A stretch of DNA of 64,000 nt from Pedosphaera sp. (GCA_009695205.1 SIBK01000002.1:6153-70152); one strand, 5' to 3'. Shown: positions 26,898 to 39,530, numbered from the stretch's first letter. Translations and numbers: made by a program. Notes: generated from the sequence alone by a model not told the origin.

Positions 26898-29855
26898 ATG
26901 AAAATACCCCTGGCACTGGGAATTCCCTGGCTGCGGCTGGCATTCTGCCTGATCGGCGCATCCGTTTGCCGTGGCGACGACGCATCCCTTATCCGGGTCA
27001 GTGATATGTGGCAGTACTTTTATGGTGTGACCGAACCGACGCCCTTACCCCGCGCCTGGGCTCAGCCCGGCTTTGTGCCGGGGTCCGAATGGCAGTCGGG
27101 TCCATCCGGATTCGGTGGACCCTACGGGTCCCGTTCGGGGGAGGCGACGCCGATCATTGATCGCGACTATAATTTCGTGTCTGTTTACTTTCGCCGGGAA
27201 TTTGTGGTGGACGATCCCGCTTCAATACAGTGGTTGATTCTGCGGTTACAGGTGCAGGAGGGCTTTGTCGCCTACCTGAATGGCCGGGAGATTTCCAGGA
27301 GTGGTTTCGCGTCCGGACCCGAAGACTTTGTTCCGTTTGATACGACAGCCAAGGTCAATAGTTTTCCTGCTCCATTGGATCGAGATATTTCCTTGCACCG
27401 TGGACTCCTGCACTCCGGCACCAATATTCTCGCGGTTCAGGTGCATTCCTCCGATATCGTGGCCGGGTTCCCTCTCTTGCGAAACGGGGGCAATTTGCTC
27501 TTTCTGGCCGAGTTGCTGGCGAATTTCAATCGAGGGCCCTTCGTGCAAAACATGGCCGCGCATCAGGTTCAGGTACTGTGGAAGACTCCGGTGCCGGCAT
27601 CCGGCGCAGTGGAATTTGGGACGACAACGAATCTCGGACAGCAGGTGGTCCTCACCAATAATGTGACCGATCAGAGGCCGCTGCTGGAGGGCCTGCTGCC
27701 CGCAACACGATACTACTACCGTGTGAGAAGCCGCGCCGGAACCAATGAAGCGGTTTCGGAGATGAGCAGCTTCCGCACGTTTGGAACACACGGCCCGCTC
27801 AGTTTCTCCGTCTTTGGGGATTCGGGCGGCGGTAATGTCAATCAGTTCGCCATTGCCAAACGAATTTTGGAAAGTGGTGCGGACTTCGTCCTGCACACCG
27901 GCGACATTGTTTATAACTCCTTCTCAACATGGTTTGAGGACACGCGGTGCCTCAGCGTCTACCGCCCGCACATGCGGACCATACCGTATTTCTTTTGTGC
28001 GGGGAATCATGACGTGGTAGCAGAGAATGGACTCGCGTTTGTGGAGACATTTGCCCAACCCACCAACGATGTGTCCCTCGCGGAGCATTTGTTGGACGGC
28101 ACCTCACCGCGACACTTCTATTCCTTCGACGCCGGGGATGTTCACTTTGTCGCGCTCTATAATCCGTGGTTTTACTATTATCAGTTTACCACTAACTCCT
28201 CGCAATACCGGTGGCTTGAACGCGATCTGGCGGCCACTCAAAAGCCCTGGAAGGTCGTCTTTCAACATATTCCATTCCAGACCTCCGGCCCTCATTATAC
28301 GGATCGTTCCGGAGGGCCGCCGGCTCTCTATGATTGGCAACGGCTTCAAGAGACGCTCGTTCCGCTCCTCGCTCGGCATGGCGTCCAGCTGTTTTTCAAT
28401 GGGCATGAGCATTTTTATGAGCGGTTTACCCCATTCGCGGGAATTCAGGGAATTACGACCGGTGCAGGAGGGGTTGATCTCTATAATGTTTATACGAGGT
28501 TCCCCAGCAGCTCACAGCTATTCCTCGACTATCACTATGTGAAGGTGGATATCGATGGACCGGAAGCTCGGATTCGCGCGGTGAATGCCGCGGGTGACCT
28601 GTTGGATGAATTCCAGGTCCGCCGCGAGCCGGCCTCTCGAAAGACCTATGCCGCTGCCTGGGAATCTCCAACCGTGGAAACAAGCGGACTTCAGAATCCC
28701 ACCGGCAACCTGGCGGGTCAGACCTTTGATTTTGCGGGAGAATCCGCGCCGGCGTTGGCGGGGAATTGGGCGAACCTTGGCCGACTGCGTGTGGCGGTTG
28801 ATGAGACCAATTTATACTTAGGACTTGAGCACTCGCTCGTGCCGGCCGGGGCAGACGTCATTATGTTTCTCGAAGTCCCAGGCCTGGCCGGAGTCCGCAC
28901 ACTCGCCGGTCTCGGCAATGGCAAAGTTGATCCGGCGGGGCAGGGAGTGGATGCCCTCGATGCTCTCGAGAATCTTTCGTTCGCCAACTTCCATCCCTCC
29001 GTGGCAGTGGTAGGAGGCGATGAGTTCGCTGATGAGAACCTTCGCGCATTTCAACGGCCGGCCGCGAGTTGGCCCATGGGCCAGGGCGTGTTCCGACTCG
29101 ATGCCGATTTGTCGTCGATCGCTCAGGCGCGAATTCAGCAATTTGACCGGTCACCTCAAACTGATCTTTCCCGAGGCGAACACAATGCCGATTTCATCGA
29201 GATCTCCATACCCCGAAGTCAGTTGGGCAATCTGCAGGTTGATGACGCAATTCAGGTTGCTGCGATTGCCGTATTTGGGCCCTCGGAATCAAACGTTCTC
29301 TCCCGTTGGATTGATCCCGGATTTATTGGTACGCAGATGAACGGATCCGGCAGAAATCCGGTGATGCTGAATGGACTCTTGTTCCAGCTGCCAGGGGATC
29401 CCGATCTCGACCACGATGGTGTGTCAAACAAGGACGAAATCGCACTGGAAACAAATCCAAACAACCCGGATACGGATGGCGACGGATTGGGGGAGAAGTG
29501 GGAGATTCTTCATGGGCTTGATCCGAAGTCTGGGGTTGGTCGGGACGGAGGGGATGGCGACTGGGACGGTGACAGGATGAATAATCGCAATGAATTTCTG
29601 TTTGGAACGGATCCACGGAGCGCGGCGTCGACCCTGCGAATAACGTCGATCCGCCGTGTCGGTGACACACTGCGGTTAAAATGGCCTGCGCCGCCGGGCG
29701 CACGCCTTATCCTCGAGTCTTCGGGGCAGATAGAAGGCGGTTATGCGCCGGACAAATCCGTTCTGTCGGTATTGCCTAACACAGGCAATGAACAAACCGT
29801 CGAGCTTGTACCCGATGGCGCCGCGCGATTTTTCCGTCTGCGATTGGAGCAATGA
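26898..29855 (+). CDS. Exported purple-acid-phosphatase-like metallophosphoesterase with thrombospondin-type-3-like Ca-binding repeats
   Basis: Signal peptide MKIPLALGIPWLRLAFCLIGASVC. An FN3-like PAP N-domain (VQVLWKTPVPASGAVEFGTT...RYYYRVRS). Metallophos motifs FGDSGGG, HTGDIVYN, GNHD, GHEHFYER. The C-terminal repeats are DPDLDHDGVSNKDE...NPDTDGDGLGEKWE...DWDGDRMNNRNE. An alternative ATG lies at 26859. Confidence 0.75.
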   Translation: MKIPLALGIPWLRLAFCLIGASVCRGDDASLIRVSDMWQYFYGVTEPTPLPRAWAQPGFVPGSEWQSGPSGFGGPYGSRSGEATPIIDRDYNFVSVYFRREFVVDDPASIQWLILRLQVQEGFVAYLNGREISRSGFASGPEDFVPFDTTAKVNSFPAPLDRDISLHRGLLHSGTNILAVQVHSSDIVAGFPLLRNGGNLLFLAELLANFNRGPFVQNMAAHQVQVLWKTPVPASGAVEFGTTTNLGQQVVLTNNVTDQRPLLEGLLPATRYYYRVRSRAGTNEAVSEMSSFRTFGTHGPLSFSVFGDSGGGNVNQFAIAKRILESGADFVLHTGDIVYNSFSTWFEDTRCLSVYRPHMRTIPYFFCAGNHDVVAENGLAFVETFAQPTNDVSLAEHLLDGTSPRHFYSFDAGDVHFVALYNPWFYYYQFTTNSSQYRWLERDLAATQKPWKVVFQHIPFQTSGPHYTDRSGGPPALYDWQRLQETLVPLLARHGVQLFFNGHEHFYERFTPFAGIQGITTGAGGVDLYNVYTRFPSSSQLFLDYHYVKVDIDGPEARIRAVNAAGDLLDEFQVRREPASRKTYAAAWESPTVETSGLQNPTGNLAGQTFDFAGESAPALAGNWANLGRLRVAVDETNLYLGLEHSLVPAGADVIMFLEVPGLAGVRTLAGLGNGKVDPAGQGVDALDALENLSFANFHPSVAVVGGDEFADENLRAFQRPAASWPMGQGVFRLDADLSSIAQARIQQFDRSPQTDLSRGEHNADFIEISIPRSQLGNLQVDDAIQVAAIAVFGPSESNVLSRWIDPGFIGTQMNGSGRNPVMLNGLLFQLPGDPDLDHDGVSNKDEIALETNPNNPDTDGDGLGEKWEILHGLDPKSGVGRDGGDGDWDGDRMNNRNEFLFGTDPRSAASTLRITSIRRVGDTLRLKWPAPPGARLILESSGQIEGGYAPDKSVLSVLPNTGNEQTVELVPDGAARFFRLRLEQ

Positions 29856-29898
29856 CGGCTCCGGTGTATAACCAACCCGGTTACCGCTCGCCCGTGCT

Positions 29899-30633
29899 TC
29901 AGGCGGTTAATTTCTCCCAGCGCTTTTGAATAAAGGACCAATTGAGACAATTATTGATCGCCTTGAGGTAATCGGCTCGACGGTTCTGGTACTTCAAATA
30001 GTAGGCATGCTCCCAGAGATCCACCGCGAGCAGCGGCGTGCGTCCGGCCAGGAGTGGGCTGTCCTGGTTGGGAGTCGTTTCTAATTTTAGGCTTTTGTCT
30101 TTGTCCACCGAGATCCAAACCCAGCCGCTGCCAAACTGGCCGGTAGCAGCCTTGATGAACTCCTCCTGCCCTTCCTCCTTGTTTTTAAAGAGTTGGCCGA
30201 AGGCTTCATCCAGGGCGCCTTCGGGACCCGCGCCGCCTTCGTTGCTCAGGCATTGCCAGAACAGCGTGTGATTATAGTGGCCGCCCCCGTTATTGCGAAC
30301 GGTTGTCCGGATTTTATCCGGCACTTTGTCGAGGTTTTTGAGCAGCTCTTCGACCGAAAGCTTCTGCAGATCCGGGTGGTCAACCAGCGCCCTATTCAGA
30401 TTGAATACGTACGTGGAGTGATGTTTGCTGTGATGGATCTCCATGGTCTTTGCGTCCACATGCGGCTCGAGCGCATCGTAGGCATATCCGAGGGGTGGCA
30501 GCTTGTGGGGGCCTGTTGGAGGGGGAGTCGGCGCTCCAATTTGGGCATGGGTCCGAATCAGAAGTGTGGGTGCGGCGGTGAGGGCGGCCCCGGCCATGAA
30601 TGCCTGGCGGCGCGAAAGCGTTGAGCGGTTCAT
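29899..30633 (-). CDS. sod: Fe/Mn superoxide dismutase with twin-arginine signal peptide
   Basis: MNRSTLSRRQAFMAGAALTAAP (Tat-like); HHSKHH and DLWEHAYYL signatures. Confidence 0.9.
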   Translation of the reverse strand: MNRSTLSRRQAFMAGAALTAAPTLLIRTHAQIGAPTPPPTGPHKLPPLGYAYDALEPHVDAKTMEIHHSKHHSTYVFNLNRALVDHPDLQKLSVEELLKNLDKVPDKIRTTVRNNGGGHYNHTLFWQCLSNEGGAGPEGALDEAFGQLFKNKEEGQEEFIKAATGQFGSGWVWISVDKDKSLKLETTPNQDSPLLAGRTPLLAVDLWEHAYYLKYQNRRADYLKAINNCLNWSFIQKRWEKLTA

Positions 30634-30787
30634 GAGAATAGTGCGATTGCGATCTTGCGGAAAATGGAGTGTTCCGCGTCTGTTGGCAAGAGGGCTTCAG
30701 CCGTTCCAGGAGATTTCAGGGGGAATCCCCGTTGCTCGCTGGAACGGTTCCGATACCTTCACCCAATTCGAACTTGCTGGACTTGTC

Positions 30788-31321
30788 ATGGGACACAAAG
30801 AAAATTCTTCCTCTCCGCCCTGGTGGCAGGTGGTCGCTGTAGGACGCAATCCGACCGTCACGTTTTTCCGCCTGTTGCTGCTCGTCGCGATTACTTTTGG
30901 CGTGTTTCAGTACGTTATCGTGCCGATACGCGTCACTGGGATCAGCATGGAGTCCACGTATCGGGATGGGCAGCGGCTCTATCTAAATCGACTGTCGCTT
31001 CGGATGCACCCACCGCAGCGCGGGGACATATTGGGGATTCAGATGAGCGGGAGCAGTGTCCTCTTGTTAAAGCGAGTGATCGGGCTGCCGGGGGAGAGGG
31101 TTGCTATCCGAAAAGGGCAGGTGTATATCAACGGAGACTCTTTGGACGAACCCTATTTGAATCAGCCGGTCACCCCCTGGAATTATCCGACCCATGGTGG
31201 CGAGCGGGTACTGGAGGCAAACAAGTATCTGATGATCGGAGACAATCGGACCATGCCCCAGGATTTGCACGAGTGGGGCTTGATTGATGGGGATCGTCTT
31301 GTTGGAAGGCTCCGGCGGTGA
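30788..31321 (+). CDS. lepB: Signal peptidase I
   Basis: GISMESTY (Ser), LKRVIGLPGE (Lys), GDNRTMPQD. The ATG at 30788 gives a normal N-terminal TM; the longer ORF overlaps sod. Confidence 0.85.
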   Translation: MGHKENSSSPPWWQVVAVGRNPTVTFFRLLLLVAITFGVFQYVIVPIRVTGISMESTYRDGQRLYLNRLSLRMHPPQRGDILGIQMSGSSVLLLKRVIGLPGERVAIRKGQVYINGDSLDEPYLNQPVTPWNYPTHGGERVLEANKYLMIGDNRTMPQDLHEWGLIDGDRLVGRLRR

Positions 31322-31815
31322 GGCGAATAGCGCAAATTGCGGGGCTAATGTTCTTGGCCGCAGGCCTGTTCTCCGGATTCTGGTGGCTTTTTCCCCCGGG
31401 ATCCGTGCGGGTGCGACAGACCTTGCAGGAAGCCGCTGCCGCCGCGTCCTTTGCGGGAAATGAAGGGGACTTAGGGCGACTCATCAAGGCTTCCACATTG
31501 GCCGCGTTGTGCACGGAGGGGTTCCACATCCGAATTGATTTATTGGGCGGCATCATGGGGCAGTTGGACGGTCGTGATCGCGTTCGTGGGGCGGCCTTGG
31601 AGGCGGCCGCAGTGTGTGGAAAGGTGAGTTTTCGAATATTGGACGCCAAGGTGAAATGGATTCGAGGAACGGAAAGCAGCGCCAACTTCACCCTCACCAT
31701 GGAAGGCTGCGGCAGTCGGGATTTCAATGCGCAGGAGTTTCAGGCGACCTTGAAAAAAATCGGCCGCCGTTGGCTCATCGACCGTATCGAGTCTGTCCAC
31801 GTATTTGAGAAGTGA
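31318..31815 (+). CDS. Membrane-anchored hypothetical protein (possibly NTF2-like fold)
   Basis: The GTG start overlaps the lepB stop (GTGA). It has an N-terminal TM (IAGLMFLAAGLFSGFWWLF). No motif recognised. Confidence 0.45.
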   Translation: MRRIAQIAGLMFLAAGLFSGFWWLFPPGSVRVRQTLQEAAAAASFAGNEGDLGRLIKASTLAALCTEGFHIRIDLLGGIMGQLDGRDRVRGAALEAAAVCGKVSFRILDAKVKWIRGTESSANFTLTMEGCGSRDFNAQEFQATLKKIGRRWLIDRIESVHVFEK

Positions 31816-31870
31816 GTCACCGCCGACGCCGACCTGTGCAAGCGCTCACAACGAGCTTCCAGACGTCTCT

Positions 31871-32653
31871 TTAATGGAGAAACGCCGTGAGCGGGCTCGT
31901 GGCGCTGGCCTCCGCAGACGCTTCCGCCAGGCCGATCTCATACGCCGCACGCCCTGCCTCCACCGCCTGGCGGAAAGCGATGGCCATGCGGCTGGGATCG
32001 GATGCCACCGCGATGGCTGTGTTCACGAGGACCGCGTCTGCCCCCAGTTCCATCGCTTCGGCCGCGTGACTCGGAGCTCCGATGCCGGCATCGATTACCA
32101 CTGGAACGGTCGCTTGTTCGATGATGATCCGAAGCTGATCCCGCGTCTGGAGTCCACGATGAGATCCAATCGGTGAACCTAGCGGCATCACGGTGGCCGT
32201 TCCGACTTCCTGCAGGCGTTTGGCTAGCACCGGATCCGCGTTGATGTACGGCAAGACGACAAATCCCTCGGCGACCAGTTGTTCCGCGGCTATGAGAGTT
32301 TCGATGGGGTCGGGTAGCAGAAAGCGTGGATCGGGATGGATCTCCAGCTTGACCCATTTCGGGAGGCCTGCCGCGACGGCCAGGCGGGCAAGGCGGACTG
32401 CTTCCGCCGCATTCATCGCCCCGCTGGTGTTCGGCAGAAGCAGATAACGGGTGGAGTCGATGAACTCGAGGATATTGGCGAAGGGATCTTTCCGACCGCT
32501 CAGATCCGCCCTCCGCAAGGCGACCGTAACCATCTCGCATTCGCTGGAATGAAGGGCATTCCGCATCATCTCCGGTGAGGAAAATTTTCCGGTTCCAAGG
32601 AAAAGGCGGGACTTGAATGAACGGCCGGCAATCACCAGCGGCTTTGACGACAT
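31871..32653 (-). CDS. thiG: Thiazole synthase
   Basis: [19 protein letters not shown]..., ...[10 protein letters not shown]..., ...[28 protein letters not shown]. Start taken at the ATG at 32653. Confidence 0.9.
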   Translation of the reverse strand: MSSKPLVIAGRSFKSRLFLGTGKFSSPEMMRNALHSSECEMVTVALRRADLSGRKDPFANILEFIDSTRYLLLPNTSGAMNAAEAVRLARLAVAAGLPKWVKLEIHPDPRFLLPDPIETLIAAEQLVAEGFVVLPYINADPVLAKRLQEVGTATVMPLGSPIGSHRGLQTRDQLRIIIEQATVPVVIDAGIGAPSHAAEAMELGADAVLVNTAIAVASDPSRMAIAFRQAVEAGRAAYEIGLAEASAEASATSPLTAFLH

Positions 32654-32939
32654 GACGACCGGAGCATGGCGGCAGGCGGGTGCGTTGTCGAGCGGGGGAG
32701 GGGGAGGCCCAATAGATCGATCGAACGCACGCTGTCCCATCTTGAGCCTCTTGCCCTCGGTTCACGGTCAACGTGTGAAAGCGCTGGCGAGACATGCATT
32801 CAAAATTTTCCGTTGCTCCGGAAGGAGTGCTCCGTACACTGGATCTAATTCCCGCAGGCAAATCGGTGAGTCAGATCCTGAACGGCGTGAGCTGCTGGGG
32901 ACGACTTCTGATTGTCGGCGGAGTAAACTGCCTCACGCC

Positions 32940-34310
32940 ATGAACGAAAAAGAGACACCTCGAATCGCGCCGGTTACACGGCGAAATTTCATCACCGCCA
33001 CCTCCGGAGCCGGAGGCATTGCCGCGATCCTCACCGGCTGTGCCACTCGCAAGGAAGCCACAAAGCCGGCTGTTGCGACGGCTGCGGTCCTGACCGCAGC
33101 CAATGCCGCCCATGCCGCCCACACGGACACCTTGAAGATCGCCCTGATTGGTTGCGGCGGCCGCGGGTCCGGCGCTGCCAACCAGGCGCTCACCACTCCA
33201 AACGTTAAATTGGTCGCCATGGCCGATGCTTTCCAAGACCGCCTGGACGGCGCGCTATCCGCCATCTCCAAGTTGCAGGCGGGGAAGGTCGATGTTCCGA
33301 AGGAACGGCAGTTCATCGGTTTTGATGGCTACAAGCAGGCGATCGCCCTCGCGGATGTGGTACTGCTAGCGACGCCGCCCGGATTCCGGCCGATTCATTT
33401 CGAGGAGGCGGTCCGCCAGGGCAAGCACGTCTTCATGGAAAAACCCGTGGCGACGGATGCGGGGGGTATTCGCAAGGTTCTCGCCGCGGCCGAAGAGGCA
33501 AAGCGAAAGAACTTGAAGGTTGGTGTGGGATTGCAGCGGCATCACCAGCCGGGCTATCTCGAAACCCTGCAACGACTTCATTCTGGCGCCATTGGCGACA
33601 TCCACACCGTGCGCGTCTACTGGAACGACGGAGGTGTATGGGTGAATCCCCGGAAAGAGAGCCAGACAGAAATGGAATTCCAACTCCGCAACTGGTATTA
33701 TTTCAACTGGCTGTGCGGGGATCACATCAACGAACAGCATATTCACAACCTCGATGTTGGTTGCTGGATCAAGAATGACTTTCCGATCCGTGTTCACGGG
33801 ATGGGAGGGCGCCAGGTCCGCACCGCAAAGGAGTACGGTGAGATCTACGACCACCATGCGTGTGAGTACGAATTCCGCGACGGCGCCCGGATGTTCAGTC
33901 AATGCCGCCATATTCGGGGTGCATGGAGCTCGGTGACGGAACACTGCGTGGGCAACAAGGGCAATGCAGATGTCAGCGCTCACAGCATCAAAACGGGGAC
34001 GGGTGATCCGTGGCGCTTCCGCAGCGACGCAAAGATTGATCCGTATCAGCAGGAGCACGACGACCTGTTCAAGGCCATTCGCAACGACCTCCCCTACAAC
34101 GAGGCCGCAAACGGGGCGCACAGCACCCTGACGGCAATCATGGGCCGAATGGCGACCTACTCCGGCAAGATCGTCGAACGGGAGGCCGCGCTGAATTCCA
34201 AGATCAACCTGATGCCCGACCGCTTTGCTTGGGATGCAATGCCCAAGTCTCTGCCCGATGCGCAGGGATTTTACGCCGTTGCTGTCCCGGGCACCACGAC
34301 GACTGTTTGA
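32940..34310 (+). CDS. Gfo/Idh/MocA-family oxidoreductase with twin-arginine signal
   Basis: MNEKETPRIAPVTRRNFITATSGAGG (Tat-like); Rossmann motif KIALIGCGGRGSGAA; typical C-terminal dimerisation region. Confidence 0.8.
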   Translation: MNEKETPRIAPVTRRNFITATSGAGGIAAILTGCATRKEATKPAVATAAVLTAANAAHAAHTDTLKIALIGCGGRGSGAANQALTTPNVKLVAMADAFQDRLDGALSAISKLQAGKVDVPKERQFIGFDGYKQAIALADVVLLATPPGFRPIHFEEAVRQGKHVFMEKPVATDAGGIRKVLAAAEEAKRKNLKVGVGLQRHHQPGYLETLQRLHSGAIGDIHTVRVYWNDGGVWVNPRKESQTEMEFQLRNWYYFNWLCGDHINEQHIHNLDVGCWIKNDFPIRVHGMGGRQVRTAKEYGEIYDHHACEYEFRDGARMFSQCRHIRGAWSSVTEHCVGNKGNADVSAHSIKTGTGDPWRFRSDAKIDPYQQEHDDLFKAIRNDLPYNEAANGAHSTLTAIMGRMATYSGKIVEREAALNSKINLMPDRFAWDAMPKSLPDAQGFYAVAVPGTTTTV

Positions 34311-34437
34311 GGTGGAGCTCTAGCGTTGCAGGGGCCCGCGTCCGAAATTGGGCGCGGGCCTCACTCATTATGGGAATTGGAGAAAATTGGATTCCGTGCG
34401 TTGTCCAGGAATCGAATGACGGCTACTGTCAGCAACC

Positions 34438-36522
<2,085 letters not shown>

Positions 36523-36620
36523 TGTTGGTTGGGATCCGACTCAAAGAATACGCTTGGAAACCGAGGTGACGGAAGGGTTACGGCGGCAATCGCATGGGTG
36601 GTGACACTTCTGGACACGGC

Positions 36621-39236
36621 CTAATTGTTCTGGCGGTTCACGCTGAGGGGTCTGCCATTCGACAAAGAAATCCAATCGAGCAAGATGCGCTCGGTTTCCT
36701 TCAGATTGATATCGGCAGCCACCCCCCTCGGATCGGGGGCACCTTCCAAATCGTCCTCCTCGTCCTCTCGCACCGGTTTTAAGGTGGAATTGGAATTGTC
36801 TGTGGCGGTCGCCTCCTTGGCGGAGCCGGACTGCGCTTTGTCGGTCTTTGGCTTTCCGGCGTCGAGGGCGGCCTTGTCGGCTTTGGTGACGGCCACGATA
36901 TTGCTGCGAATGACGGCGGGCGGCAGGCCGGGTTGATCGCACAGTTTCAGAGTGAGTTCGTAGGTGGTTGGCTGCACCTCGTGCCGCAACAATAATTCCT
37001 TCTTGCGTGTTTCCACCCGCAACTTGTTTTCCTCCTTCTCACGGAGTCTTCGTGCCTCATTGAATGAAATCGCCTTCTCGGCTTTCTGCTTCTGATACCG
37101 CTGAATATCCTCCTGGATGTATTTGAAGTCACGGTCGGCGGCGACGCGTTCTGCGGAGCGCCGGGCCAGTTCCGGAGTTACGGGCGCTGTCAGGTTAACT
37201 TTTTCAAAATCTGCGCTGGCGATGGTGTCCCAGGGCAGCGCATTGGTGAGGGATTTTTCACCAAAATCAGCGACGTTGTTCACGCTGGGCAGAATGATTT
37301 CCGGAGTGATGCCGCGCAATTGGGTCGAAGCCCCGCTAGCGCGGTAGAATTTTCGAATCGTGATTTTTGTGGCGCCCGGATTGTTGGTGCTTTTGATGCC
37401 AAGCGCCCGGGTAAACTGGGCCAGCTCTTGAAGGGTTTGGACTGTGCCCTTCCCATGTGTTGAAACGTCCCCCACAATGAGCGCCCGGCCGTAGTCCTGA
37501 AGCGCTCCGGCCACAATCTCGGACGCCGATGCGCTGAACCGGCTGGTCAAAACGATCAAGGGCCCGTCATAGAGCACCGAGGGATCCGTGTCGCGGTCCA
37601 TTCCCACCCGGTTGCCCGGATCGCGAACCTGGACGATCGGGCCCGACTTGATGAACAGACCTGCGAGACTGACCGATTCTTCGAGCGAACCGCCGCCGTT
37701 GCGCCGCAGATCCAGAATGATTCCTTCACATTTCTCCTCCTTCAGCTTCTTGAGGAGCCTGGCGACATCCCGGGTGGTGCTTTTGGGCTGCGAGGAACGA
37801 CGACCACCCGTCGGAAAGTCAGCGTAAAAACTAGGAAGATCGATCACACCCAGACGGATATTGTTTCCTTGCGCATCGGGCAGTTCAACCACCTTCGCTT
37901 TCGCTTCCTGATCTTCAAGTTTGATCTCGTCGCGTATGAGAGTGACCACTTTGCGAGCCGACGGATCCGGGGCATCTTCCGGTATGATGTTCAGGCGCAC
38001 CTTCGTGTTCTTCGGTCCCCGAATTTGCTGGACGACCTTGTCGAGTTTTTCGTCGACGACGTCCACGAAGTCGCCGTCCCCCTGAGCCACGGCAACAATT
38101 TTGTCGTTCACCTTGATCTGCTTCGACTTCTCGGCGGGACTGCCGGTTACAATGTTCCGGATTACGGTGAACCCATCCTCGCTTTGCAGGGTCGCACCGA
38201 TGCCGAAGAGGGAAAGGCTCATGCTGATCGAAAAATTCTCGGTCGCGGCCCGCCCGAAATAGTCGCTGTGGGGATCGTAGGCTTTTGCGAGTGAGTCGAG
38301 ATACAACTGGAGGACCTCATCGCTATCGTACTGCTTGAGCGTGCGCAGCGTACGATTGTAGCGGCGAGTGAGCATCTTGACGATCTCATCATAACGATCG
38401 TGGTCGAGACGGTTTTCGATTTGCTGGAGGATCGCGGGCTGGGAAATCCCTGCGCGCAATCGTTCCGCGGAGAACCGCGCGAGATCCCAGGCTTTATCGA
38501 CTCTCATTTTATTGGTGAGCGAGCTGACAAAATGGGGTGGGCGGTCTGACGTTCCAGCGGGCGGAAGCGTCAGGGAGTCCGGGCTGGCGCCCGACAGGTT
38601 GCTGCGCACGGTATTGAGGATTAAATCCAGCGGTGTGAGGTTCAGTTTTTCTGAGAGCACTTCGAATCGGAGCCTGTCCCTCCAGATCTTTTTCAAATCA
38701 TTCTCCGATTCCGCGCGGAGTTCCTCCCGTCGATTGACGGGATAGCGGTCCTCGGTATCGAACGTGAAACGTTCCGCCCGCAGCGTCCGCATCGCGTAGG
38801 CGTACTGTTGATCAAACCGTTCGAGGAACCGGTTGAACATTTCGTAGGCGGGCCGGATATCCGCCGGCGCACGCATGTTCGGGGGCCGAGTGAGGTCATC
38901 GAGCGTTGTCCGGTATTTCTCAAATCCGGCGGTATCCGCGGCGGTGAAGTAAATGCGTTGAGGATCGAGCGCATCCAGATAGCGCTCATAGAACTTCGCC
39001 GACATTTCGTCATTCAGGATTTGCTGTGAAAAATGCGAGCGATCGAGCAATTGGGAGACGATCCGGGCGATGAACCCACCCTCGGCGGAAGGGGCGAGAA
39101 CGAGTGAGTTGGTGTATTTCCCGGTAAGGGGAGCGATCTCGTTGGTGGCCAAATCCAGAGTGACACGCGGAGCAGGCTCATCAGCAAGGGCTGCCATCAA
39201 GCCGCACAGTGTCGCGAACAGGAGCGTGAATTTCAT
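36621..39236 (-). CDS. prc: Tail-specific (C-terminal processing, S41A) protease with charged C-terminal extension
   Basis: The Prc N-domain (YLDALDPQRIYF), a PDZ region, GIILDLRRNGGGSLEE, and VSTHGKGTVQT. Signal peptide from the ATG at 39236 (MKFTLLFATLCGLMAALA). Confidence 0.85.
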   Translation of the reverse strand: MKFTLLFATLCGLMAALADEPAPRVTLDLATNEIAPLTGKYTNSLVLAPSAEGGFIARIVSQLLDRSHFSQQILNDEMSAKFYERYLDALDPQRIYFTAADTAGFEKYRTTLDDLTRPPNMRAPADIRPAYEMFNRFLERFDQQYAYAMRTLRAERFTFDTEDRYPVNRREELRAESENDLKKIWRDRLRFEVLSEKLNLTPLDLILNTVRSNLSGASPDSLTLPPAGTSDRPPHFVSSLTNKMRVDKAWDLARFSAERLRAGISQPAILQQIENRLDHDRYDEIVKMLTRRYNRTLRTLKQYDSDEVLQLYLDSLAKAYDPHSDYFGRAATENFSISMSLSLFGIGATLQSEDGFTVIRNIVTGSPAEKSKQIKVNDKIVAVAQGDGDFVDVVDEKLDKVVQQIRGPKNTKVRLNIIPEDAPDPSARKVVTLIRDEIKLEDQEAKAKVVELPDAQGNNIRLGVIDLPSFYADFPTGGRRSSQPKSTTRDVARLLKKLKEEKCEGIILDLRRNGGGSLEESVSLAGLFIKSGPIVQVRDPGNRVGMDRDTDPSVLYDGPLIVLTSRFSASASEIVAGALQDYGRALIVGDVSTHGKGTVQTLQELAQFTRALGIKSTNNPGATKITIRKFYRASGASTQLRGITPEIILPSVNNVADFGEKSLTNALPWDTIASADFEKVNLTAPVTPELARRSAERVAADRDFKYIQEDIQRYQKQKAEKAISFNEARRLREKEENKLRVETRKKELLLRHEVQPTTYELTLKLCDQPGLPPAVIRSNIVAVTKADKAALDAGKPKTDKAQSGSAKEATATDNSNSTLKPVREDEEDDLEGAPDPRGVAADINLKETERILLDWISLSNGRPLSVNRQNN

Positions 39237-39354
39237 TTCACGGATAGTATGCACGAGCGATAAGACCCTGCCAGTAAGCTTTTTGTTCAGCAAGGCTCTC
39301 CGCCAAAGTTCAGCCAGAAGGGCGAACACGCTTTGAATTCACCATCCGGACGGA

Positions 39355-39430
39355 TGGTGGAGCCGACAGGATTCGAACCTGCGACATCCACAATGCCATT
39401 GTGGCGCTCTACCAACTGAGCTACGACCCC
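39355..39430 (-). tRNA. tRNA-Ala (anticodon GGC), CCA encoded
   Basis: The reverse complement is GGGGTCGTAGCTCAGTTGGTAGAGCGCCACAATGGCATTGTGGATGTCGCAGGTTCGAATCCTGTCGGCTCCACCA. It folds by hand into a cloverleaf with anticodon loop AUGGCAU and carries the G3:U70 Ala identity pair. Confidence 0.9.
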
Positions 39431-39530
39431 GTTACCCAAAGCCGGCGGGGACTTTAGAAACCCCTTCGGAGGTGTCAAAGGGATTCTTGTGTCGGCGCCT
39501 CGCACAGCCGAGATTCAGTGAATCGAAACG

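Noticed and set aside
32654-32939. Possible TPP riboswitch and/or thiS upstream of thiG
   Set aside because: I read the minus-strand leader and found neither the CUGAGA box nor the ACCUGAUCUGGAUAAUGCCAGCG-like pyrophosphate-sensor helix. A ThiS-like string ([14 protein letters not shown]...) exists. However, it is spread over several frames, only about 47 codons fit before thiG, and no C-terminal GG is present. A covariance-model scan (Rfam RF00059) would settle the riboswitch question.
39355-39530. tRNA-Ala as an integration site for a genomic island
   Set aside because: There is no integrase, no partial tRNA direct repeat, and the flanking genes (prc and the U32 gene) are ordinary.
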